A stretch of 64,000 bases of DNA, from IMG/VR virus record IMGVR_UViG_3300041585_000108, positions 1-64,000 of that record. One strand, 5' to 3'. Shown piece by piece: positions 56,953-64,000 of this stretch (position 1 is its first letter; each line of letters starts with the position of its first letter). Below the pieces are notes generated by a model that was not told where the DNA came from, ran no database searches, and saw only the letters and a list, made by a program, of their open reading frames with translations. The stretch comes from a virus. The position numbers and the translations under genes were made by a program.

Positions 56953-57245
56953 GGATCATCCATCTTTATTCCACCACATACTTCAAGGATTCTATTGATA
57001 GTCGGTACGTCAAGTACGTCTTCAAATGCATCTCTATCTGCTGTTAATTCTGGTAGCTGCTTTTCTAGTGCTACTGCACATGCATCAATCAAAATTGTAA
57101 GGGTTTCATCTTCTGTAGTTACATCAGCTGTTTTTGCAATTGCCGCCATAAATTTTCTAAGCTCTTTAATAGTTAAAGGCTTTAGCTTTACTGTTGCTCC
57201 ATTTTGTAGCTGAATTTCTTCTACATCGTATACTGTTGTTGCCAA
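56913..57245 (-). CDS. Tail assembly chaperone
   Basis: Between major tail and tape measure; AGGAGG SD. Confidence 0.8.
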   Translation of the reverse strand: MATTVYDVEEIQLQNGATVKLKPLTIKELRKFMAAIAKTADVTTEDETLTILIDACAVALEKQLPELTADRDAFEDVLDVPTINRILEVCGGIKMDDPNLLAAAVLAGQN

Positions 57246-57300
57246 TTTATATCCTCCTAGGATCGTCTATATTATTGTATCATAATGAAAATATCATAGC

Positions 57301-57338
57301 AATAAAATACCCCCTAAGAAATTAGGGGGTATTTTATT
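57301..57338 (-). terminator. Intrinsic terminator after the major tail gene
   Basis: AATAAAATACCCCCTAA-gaaa-TTAGGGGGTATTTTATT perfect stem. Confidence 0.85.
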
Positions 57339-57353
57339 ATTTAATTGTATTAA

Positions 57354-58049
57354 TTATATTGGTAGAGCTAGAACGCGGTCTACGATGAAACCATATTCTT
57401 GATTAACGTTTGCGGTCGCACCGTCTGGAAGCAAACGAAATGTAACTGGGAATGTTGATGCTGCGTTACGAGCCAAAGAGAACTGTGACTGTTGTACAGA
57501 AAGAACACGGCGTGCATAATATACGCGCTCAGTTGCTGTTACTTGAGATGTTGGAGCTTGACCAACTGCAATTAGCTGACGCTCTGTTGGAGCCTCACCT
57601 AGTGCACCTCCAGCAATACCAAGCGTATCAATAGTTGATAAACCCGATCCCACATCGGGAATAAGAGTCCCTTGGCGCTGACCAAATACTAGAAGAACGT
57701 TCTCTAGAGTACCTTCTGCCATTTCTGTTGCGATCATAACTTCCATTGACTCCTTGAAAAGCTTTGCTGTATCAAGAAGCTGATCTACTGTAACTGAACC
57801 GTATGATGGGTTATATGTTACCTGAAGACCGTTATTTGTAAAACCAACGTTGCGATATCCAAATGTACCAGTTACCTGGTCGATATTATTAAGTGTCTTG
57901 GTAAAAGACTGACCAGCCACAAAAGCATAAGCGCCTGTGCCTGGAGATTGGTTTTCTAAGTATCCTGCTGTAGTGACGTCAGTGTTCGAAAGGAACAGTG
58001 GTGACGCACCAACAAGAATATTTTTAGCATTACCTGTATTTTGTGCCAT
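57354..58049 (-). CDS. Major tail (tube) protein
   Basis: NILVGA, VGFTNNGL.VTY and FPVTFRLLP motifs; strong SD and own terminator. Confidence 0.85.
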   Translation of the reverse strand: MAQNTGNAKNILVGASPLFLSNTDVTTAGYLENQSPGTGAYAFVAGQSFTKTLNNIDQVTGTFGYRNVGFTNNGLQVTYNPSYGSVTVDQLLDTAKLFKESMEVMIATEMAEGTLENVLLVFGQRQGTLIPDVGSGLSTIDTLGIAGGALGEAPTERQLIAVGQAPTSQVTATERVYYARRVLSVQQSQFSLARNAASTFPVTFRLLPDGATANVNQEYGFIVDRVLALPI

Positions 58050-58131
58050 TTGTAAAACCTCCTGTTAAATAAATATATATATATTGACTTACTTTAAATC
58101 AAGCTGGCTAGGCTCATTTCCTCTTAGTATA

Positions 58132-58160
58132 ATTTTATCTTACAATCAACCAAAAGGCAA
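58132..58160 (-). promoter_or_regulatory. Putative late promoter TTGCCT-17-TAAAAT
   Basis: Same motif at 63813-63841. Confidence 0.6.
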
Positions 58161-58161
58161 A

Positions 58162-58668
58162 CTAATCAAATCTACCTTTTGGCCCTATTGTTCTAGAGTA
58201 CTTAACTTCAAGTATTACATCTGCCGATAAAAATCCTGCTAATTCTGTAGATGGCTCAGTTGGAGACATTTCTAAAATAAGAGTATTATGGAATATGATT
58301 TTGTCTGTATTTTTAGACTCATTTAAGTCTTTGGCGGAATCATCCATTCGTCTAAATACATCTACCATCATATTTCTAATAGTATTAATTTCAGAATAGT
58401 CTAAGGAATAAATAGTAAATGATATTTTCTCACAACATATCATCCAGTTTTCTTCATAGGTGCTCCCCATTTTGTCATAGACAATATGTGTTTTACCACT
58501 TAAAAATTGATTTATTTCTGGAGCTTGCTGAACAGGGATAATAGGAATAATTGACTCTCCTAGATTATCGCTATAGTATGCATTTGCATCAATGATGTTA
58601 TTCTCAAGAAGTTCCTGCCATAGGTGTCTTCTTACTTCATACATGGCATCTATACTATAATCTGTCAT
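58162..58668 (-). CDS. Probable tail terminator protein
   Basis: Position before major tail gene. Confidence 0.55.
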   Translation of the reverse strand: MTDYSIDAMYEVRRHLWQELLENNIIDANAYYSDNLGESIIPIIPVQQAPEINQFLSGKTHIVYDKMGSTYEENWMICCEKISFTIYSLDYSEINTIRNMMVDVFRRMDDSAKDLNESKNTDKIIFHNTLILEMSPTEPSTELAGFLSADVILEVKYSRTIGPKGRFD

Positions 58669-59462
58669 TATGCTACTCCTCCAAATTGTTTTGTTAATGA
58701 TGAGTCCGCCTGCAGTCTAATTGTACCTGGACTAAAAGAATAACGCACCTTGGATATAGAAGATGGAACTCTCATTGCTTTTTCAAATTTAGATCCAAAT
58801 AGATTTTGAAACCCTGACATCTTAATAGAATTACTTACTAATGGTCCACTAAAATATCTGCTATATGTTAAGTCAAACTGATTAGTAGATGCTCTGCCTC
58901 CAGGACTTTTTATTGTAACTGATTTCCCTTTAGGCATAAATACTTTTTCTCCATCAATTTCAAATACTAGTCTCTCTGCTGACTTAGGTCTAATGGTTAT
59001 AGGCATTCCTTTTTCCATTACTGCCGCTTTGTTTTCAAATACATATCTACTTGTTTGCTCTTTATTTTTTGAAGGAACAGATGATTTGGATAGCTTGAAT
59101 TCATAATCTATTCTAAATGACAATCCAATTCCTTCAATTTTATTTAATTTAAAAAGTCTATTGGTTGCTTGCCCAGTTTTATTCCATTCATAAACATGAT
59201 GTAATGACTTTGGCTTTGTTCTAGCCTGTGAATCAATAAACTGACCAAAGTCTTTTTCTATTTGTTTAAATATTGTTGTTTTAAATAGCCTTTGAAATGC
59301 CTTGTTGGATTCTAATTTTGCAGCGACGTTTGCTTGATAATACAAGAATGCTGATATCTGGGCTACCGTACTATCTTTTAAAACTCCTGCTGCCGTTGTT
59401 CCAACCATTAATCTTTCTAGGCCAGAAGAAGCTTGTAGTAAAGCTATTCCACTAGTCTCCAA
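58668..59462 (-). CDS. Neck/tail-completion protein
   Basis: Position in head-tail module. Confidence 0.5.
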   Translation of the reverse strand: METSGIALLQASSGLERLMVGTTAAGVLKDSTVAQISAFLYYQANVAAKLESNKAFQRLFKTTIFKQIEKDFGQFIDSQARTKPKSLHHVYEWNKTGQATNRLFKLNKIEGIGLSFRIDYEFKLSKSSVPSKNKEQTSRYVFENKAAVMEKGMPITIRPKSAERLVFEIDGEKVFMPKGKSVTIKSPGGRASTNQFDLTYSRYFSGPLVSNSIKMSGFQNLFGSKFEKAMRVPSSISKVRYSFSPGTIRLQADSSLTKQFGGVA

Positions 59463-59880
59463 TTATCTGGCTCTCTGATCTTTTAGCAATTGAATTGTAT
59501 GCCATTAAAGTTCCAAAGGGGTCGGTAATTGGAGTTGAGCTAGCTATTTCAAATACCGTTGGAGTATCATTAGGATAATTTAATTCTATCCAAATTGGGT
59601 TGTTAGCACTGTCTCTAACATTAGAAACTTTTTCTCTATATGTTAATCTTGACTCAGTTCTAATTTCAATTGTTTGTTTATCAACATACTTGCCAGTAAT
59701 AGTTTGATTATCTCCGCCTCTTGATCCTACAGAGTTAGTTATAATTCCCTTTGCAAAACATGGGACAGTTCTTTGATAGACCCAACTTTTTTTAATAGCT
59801 CCTGTATTTTGCTCTTGATAGTCTTCTTGAACATAAACATCTAGCTTCATACTAAATATAGAATCAACTAGGCTATTCAT
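59452..59880 (-). CDS. Head closure / stopper protein
   Basis: Position; TGAIKKSW...C.A.G pattern. Confidence 0.6.
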   Translation of the reverse strand: MNSLVDSIFSMKLDVYVQEDYQEQNTGAIKKSWVYQRTVPCFAKGIITNSVGSRGGDNQTITGKYVDKQTIEIRTESRLTYREKVSNVRDSANNPIWIELNYPNDTPTVFEIASSTPITDPFGTLMAYNSIAKRSESQIIGD

Positions 59881-59881
59881 A

Positions 59882-60862
59882 TTAAATCACAACCATTTTA
59901 TTTATTACATAAGGAAGCAATAGCTGATCTGCATAATTATTTCCAGTTCCTGCAAATGAGGATGTGTCGTACTGGAATTGCCAATCAAATGTTTGAATGC
60001 TCTTTATGTACTTGTTTCTCCATTCTTTATCCTTAGAGAAAAAATCTTTCATTAATTCTATGCATGCAAGCTCTACCTCGTCTGGAATTTCTGACCATCC
60101 AAATACACCTGACACTCTGTAAATACCACCATTAACAAATGCTCCTTGGTAATAATCTCTTATGCTTGGAGGAATCATTCCGTTTGCAGAATACACTATG
60201 TTGTCTATTTGGTTAGCACGATTTACTCTAATTCCAAAGCCACTTTCAGATACTCCCACATCTGCACTAAAATTATTAATATTATTAATGTTGTCTATTA
60301 ATAATAAATCATTTAAATATAGCTCGTGTAGTTGATTAATTTTTGTAGAAAGTGGAAGAACATCTGCTCCAGTTGAATATACAATAGTTACATCGTCATA
60401 CAAATAAAATTTTTGTTGAGTATAATTTTCAATTAGCTTTCTTGCATATCTTTCTGCTGTTGTTAAATCAGCAAATGTTTTATAGTTTGGATCAGATTGA
60501 TCAAATCCAAAGCCTAGTGCATCTGCTGCTTGAGTAAGATCAGTGTATGGCTTTACCACAAATAGCTTATGCTCTTTTACAACCTGCTCTCCCTCAACCT
60601 CATATTCCCAAACTAACTTTAAGGATCTAGGTCTATCAGTTAAAGATAGTGGAGGATAAACAAGATACACGCCTCTATCTGTTTCGGCTTCTTCTGCTAC
60701 TTGCGTTGACAAAATAGTACTTGGATTTATAGAAGGGGCAATTGCTGGGTCTTCAGTTATGTCATAAAAACTAACAGTTGGCAAATAGTCAGCTTGGCTT
60801 ATTCCGCCCTTCCAAAATACTCTTTGCTTTACTGGAGAATTTGTTCCTACTATAATTTCCAT
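59882..60862 (-). CDS. Head-to-tail adaptor
   Basis: ARKLIENYT and G.FGWS.IPDEV..A.I.L patterns. Confidence 0.7.
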   Translation of the reverse strand: MEIIVGTNSPVKQRVFWKGGISQADYLPTVSFYDITEDPAIAPSINPSTILSTQVAEEAETDRGVYLVYPPLSLTDRPRSLKLVWEYEVEGEQVVKEHKLFVVKPYTDLTQAADALGFGFDQSDPNYKTFADLTTAERYARKLIENYTQQKFYLYDDVTIVYSTGADVLPLSTKINQLHELYLNDLLLIDNINNINNFSADVGVSESGFGIRVNRANQIDNIVYSANGMIPPSIRDYYQGAFVNGGIYRVSGVFGWSEIPDEVELACIELMKDFFSKDKEWRNKYIKSIQTFDWQFQYDTSSFAGTGNNYADQLLLPYVINKMVVI

Positions 60863-60877
60863 TTTTTATGCTTGGGT

Positions 60878-61273
60878 TTAGCTGTAGTAATCCTGAACTT
60901 CTTTAGGCGTTGCTAAACGAAAGCCCTCCTCTATATCAAAAATTTGTTGAGCTTGATCTTTGTGCATTGATACATAAGGGTGTTGCTGGGTAAATGTTTG
61001 CCCTAAAATATCATATCTAAAATTTTCTCTTGTCATCATAACCAGTACATTATCTTCTGGACGCTGTGCCTTTGGATCAAATACTGGAATAATTTCAATC
61101 TCTTCTTTTGCTTCTTCTACATCTTTGATAGTCTTAGCATATACTGAATAGGTTACGCCCTCTTCTGCTAAAGCCGCAATAATTTCTTGTTTGTTTTTTA
61201 AGCCTTCTGTTTCAACTGCAAAGTCCTCTGCAATTGATTTTAATTCGGCTACTTTTAAAGTGTCAAATGACAT
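60878..61273 (-). CDS. Rho-N/HeH-like domain protein
   Basis: LKVAELKSIA...GLKNKQEIIAAL. Confidence 0.6.
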   Translation of the reverse strand: MSFDTLKVAELKSIAEDFAVETEGLKNKQEIIAALAEEGVTYSVYAKTIKDVEEAKEEIEIIPVFDPKAQRPEDNVLVMMTRENFRYDILGQTFTQQHPYVSMHKDQAQQIFDIEEGFRLATPKEVQDYYS

Positions 61274-61324
61274 TTAATTCTCCTTTTTCTAGGTAAAACT
61301 ATTATAGCATTGTATAATTAAAAT

Positions 61325-61356
61325 GAAAAGCCCCTAAAATTAATTAGGGGCCTTTC
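61325..61356 (-). terminator. Intrinsic terminator after the major capsid gene
   Basis: GCCCCTAA/TTAGGGGC stem followed by a T-run. Confidence 0.85.
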
Positions 61357-61372
61357 GATAGTTAATTCTTAA

Positions 61373-62422
61373 TTAAGAAGCAACTTTAACGTTCTTTACG
61401 ACTACCCAAGCATCTGCTTGTTCAATCTGTACGCCTACTCTTGTGTACATTGTGTACTCAATTGAGTCCTTGCGTGGCCAGAAGAAGCGGTAAACAGTTA
61501 CGTCACGCTTGATGCCAATAACTACGTTATTTGGGAATGTCAAGTGGATGTCACCGTGTGAGCCTGTTGGAGATGCGTAATCTCCAGCCTGTGTTTCTGG
61601 AAGTAGTGGAACTTCAACAACTGGAATACCAAACGCAAATGGCGCTACGTATCCTGCTGGTCCACCAAGTGGTGCAACTCCACCACGGATTACGCTTGAT
61701 GCAATATCCTGTGGAATTGTCTGGTTTGTACCAATGCTGTTGTTGTATAGGAAGTCCTGAATTAAGTTTGAGCCAGCTAGGAAACGAAGGTCTCCACGAC
61801 GCTGCTTGTACTTACGAGGCATTGCTTTGAGTGCCTTGTTAAAGACTTCACGAGAAACTGCTGCTCCAGCTGCGTCTACAACGTGGCCTGATGCTTTAGC
61901 TTTCTTTACAACACCATCAAAGGCCTTGTATAGAGAATCGCTTGAAAGTGTTGTGTTACCATTAAGTAGAACATCTTCAATGTCGTTACCAGCTTGAGTT
62001 GCCATCAAACGTGCAATGTGATCTTCAAGGTCGGCTCCTTCAATGTTATCTTCTAGTGACTCTGTTGAGAGCTCCCAGTCGAGACGTAGCTTCTTAGTTG
62101 TAAGAGAAATTTTTGAGAAAGTAACACCCTTGTTTGAAGAAGTGTCGTCACCCTCTGTTGCAAGCTTCATAAGCTTTTCGCCTACTGACATGCGATCAAT
62201 TTCTGTTGTGTCTGACTTCATTCGAACTGTACGTGCGACCTTACCAATTACGGTTGCGTCGAACAAATAGTCTAGGAAGCGAGCTGATTGTTCTGGGTTT
62301 AGAAGTCCACCGTTGCCAGCTTCTGACGCTACGTGTACTCCTGAACCACCTGTGTTTGATGCAAATCCTGCAGTAGCTGTTGTGCCAGCTGCGATTGCTT
62401 TTTCTAATGTTTCATTGCTCAT
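61373..62422 (-). CDS. Major capsid protein (HK97 fold)
   Basis: GGLLNPEQ..RF, ELSTESLEDNIEG and LLNG motifs; highly expressed codon bias. Confidence 0.92.
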   Translation of the reverse strand: MSNETLEKAIAAGTTATAGFASNTGGSGVHVASEAGNGGLLNPEQSARFLDYLFDATVIGKVARTVRMKSDTTEIDRMSVGEKLMKLATEGDDTSSNKGVTFSKISLTTKKLRLDWELSTESLEDNIEGADLEDHIARLMATQAGNDIEDVLLNGNTTLSSDSLYKAFDGVVKKAKASGHVVDAAGAAVSREVFNKALKAMPRKYKQRRGDLRFLAGSNLIQDFLYNNSIGTNQTIPQDIASSVIRGGVAPLGGPAGYVAPFAFGIPVVEVPLLPETQAGDYASPTGSHGDIHLTFPNNVVIGIKRDVTVYRFFWPRKDSIEYTMYTRVGVQIEQADAWVVVKNVKVAS

Positions 62423-62437
62423 ATTTTTTTACCTACC

Positions 62438-63805
62438 CTAGTTAAATATTTCGTTTACGGAACCGAGGAAAGAACCGTTCCATTTTGATTTTGTGATTGT
62501 TGCTTCTGCAGACCCGCCAAGGTCTGAAGACTTCTTAATTGCTGTATCGCCTTCAACGGCATCTACACGCTTCTGAACACCATCAATAGTGCCCTTTATT
62601 TCTATTACAGCTACACTAAGTGCGCTGTGCTTTTCTGCTAATTCTGTGATCTGAGCATTTAAGCCCTTGCTAAAAGTTTCTACAGTTTCTTTGATTTCTG
62701 AAACCTGCAATGCATTTGTCTCTGTAGCCTTGCTAAGAGTATCTGCAAAGAATCCCTTTAGGTCCACTAACATTTTTGCAAAATCAGGCTGTTCAACTTC
62801 AACTGCAGCTGGTGCTTCTGCATCAACTGACTTAAAGATATCTACAGAAGCAGATTCAGCATCTGCTGTTTCTACAGCTGGTGCTTCTTCAACGGCAGAT
62901 GCGGTTGCATCTACCATGGTCTCTTCAACGACTTTAACTTCTTCAACTACTGGGGCTTCAACAACTGGTGTCTCTGCTGCAACTGAATCTGTACCATGTA
63001 CGTTTAGTTTTTCCATTTCATTACCTCCTTGTACGTTTGCCTGTTTTGCTATTGTTTGTGTTGCAGGCAACGGAACTCTTGACTTCTTAAATGAAGCAAG
63101 AATCTTATCTATCTCTTTGGATTTATTTTGATCTGAGCTTTCAACCCAACCAATTAGCGTAGCATCTTTTCCAGTAATTGGAGATGAGTATGTCTTGTCT
63201 GTTGAGATAAAAACAGATTCGCTATCTTCACAATAAAAAATATTTTCTGTGACAACATCTGCTGCCATTCCTTTAAATATAAGTTGACCATTCATTTTTT
63301 CAATAGAGATGATATTGCACATTTCATTTGCGGGAGAATCAACTATTGATAGTTCAACTAAATCATAGTCCTTAATAAATCTTATAGTCTGCCCTGTTGC
63401 TTTATTCATTTCATCATCTGATTCTTTGATCTTTCCGCCGATTGAAAATCCAGAAAGGGTTCCGTCTAAAATTTTTTCCCATGTATCTTGAGCGCCTTTA
63501 GAGATGTATGATGTTACATAAACTCCGTTATAAAATTCTTTTGTTTTTTGATCGTAGTAAGTTTCTGGTTTAAATGATATAACCTTTCCTACTGCAAGTG
63601 GCTGATGCATCTCACGAAGGTTTCCTCTAAATGCTTCAAATGCTTTCATGCTTGCTTCTGCTGTTACGACATCGCCTGTTTGATCAATATTATCAAGTGT
63701 GGCAAATCCAGATACGGTTCTATTTTCTCTGTTTACTTTTGTAAAAGGAACAGATAAATGAAGGTTTTGTCCGTCAGAAGACCACTGACTTTTTTCTATG
63801 TTCAT
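62438..63805 (-). CDS. Prohead protease fused to scaffold domain
   Basis: D..GD.V, LREMH, GFSIGG and ELSIVDSPAN motifs; acidic/coiled C-terminal half (possible internal start MEKLN). Confidence 0.9.
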   Translation of the reverse strand: MNIEKSQWSSDGQNLHLSVPFTKVNRENRTVSGFATLDNIDQTGDVVTAEASMKAFEAFRGNLREMHQPLAVGKVISFKPETYYDQKTKEFYNGVYVTSYISKGAQDTWEKILDGTLSGFSIGGKIKESDDEMNKATGQTIRFIKDYDLVELSIVDSPANEMCNIISIEKMNGQLIFKGMAADVVTENIFYCEDSESVFISTDKTYSSPITGKDATLIGWVESSDQNKSKEIDKILASFKKSRVPLPATQTIAKQANVQGGNEMEKLNVHGTDSVAAETPVVEAPVVEEVKVVEETMVDATASAVEEAPAVETADAESASVDIFKSVDAEAPAAVEVEQPDFAKMLVDLKGFFADTLSKATETNALQVSEIKETVETFSKGLNAQITELAEKHSALSVAVIEIKGTIDGVQKRVDAVEGDTAIKKSSDLGGSAEATITKSKWNGSFLGSVNEIFN

Positions 63806-63812
63806 ATGCTTA

Positions 63813-63841
63813 ATTTTATACTTAGTTATCTAAAAAGGCAA
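63813..63841 (-). promoter_or_regulatory. Putative late promoter TTGCCT-17-TAAAAT, leaderless
   Basis: ATG 7 nt downstream. Confidence 0.6.
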
Positions 63842-63858
63842 ATAGCAGTTGAGCAGAT

Positions 63859-64000
63859 TTAATCTACTTTACTTCCTTCACCTTTAGCATTTCTTCCTTC
63901 TCCCACTTTATCGGAAGAAGTGGCTGATCTTTCAGAATCTCTAGCTCTTGTTTTCCCAGCCTTGGCTTTTTGATCTGCGGCTTGTTGAGGTTTTAATTCA
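63859..64000 (-). CDS. 3' end of upstream gene, probably portal
   Basis: Open frame ELKPQQAADQKAKAGKTRARDSER...KVD*; position before the protease. Confidence 0.6.
   Translation of the reverse strand, partial: ELKPQQAADQKAKAGKTRARDSERSATSSDKVGEGRNAKGEGSKVD

Larger units (their letters stand above)
470..64000 (-). mobile_element. Large siphovirus-type actinophage genome segment (possibly integrated)
   Basis: Full head-tail and replication modules, WhiB, tRNAs; no integrase in window. Confidence 0.9.

Noticed and set aside
40138-63131. Numerous plus-strand ORFs in the structural region
   Set aside because: All lie within long minus-strand genes and show antisense-frame composition.

Overview
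Almost the whole window (about 470-64000) is one strand-polarised (all minus strand), AT-rich segment of a large siphovirus-type actinobacteriophage. It carries WhiB, SigA-type and leaderless promoters, and a gene order resembling large Streptomyces cluster BE/BK-like and freshwater actinophages (inference). Reading right to left: portal 3' end, prohead protease/scaffold, major capsid, head-tail genes, major tail, frameshifted tail chaperones, a 2973-aa tape measure with inserted enzyme-like cargo, and tail tip/fibre. Next come a replication module (DnaB, primase, SSB, DnaE, RecA, Cas4-like exonuclease, RuvC) and terminase. A ~22-kb accessory region follows, with 7 tRNAs, carbamoyltransferase, endolysin, WhiB, proteases, thioredoxin, a Pro/Gln-repeat surface protein, an LLM monooxygenase, sulfotransferase, 2OG-Fe(II) oxygenases, glutathione peroxidase, an A-type Fe-S carrier and a CysC fusion. 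The left edge holds the 5' end of an actinobacterial sufB behind an inverted-repeat-rich intergenic region, which may be a host-phage junction. The most notable pattern is selective decay. Virion and replication genes look intact, while several membrane/secreted and lysis-adjacent genes survive only as N- and C-terminal stubs, three accessory genes have ATA/ATT where ATG is expected, and tRNA stems show many G-U pairs. This suggests a lytic-type phage being tamed in or beside a host chromosome. No database search was possible, so all family calls rest on motif recognition.
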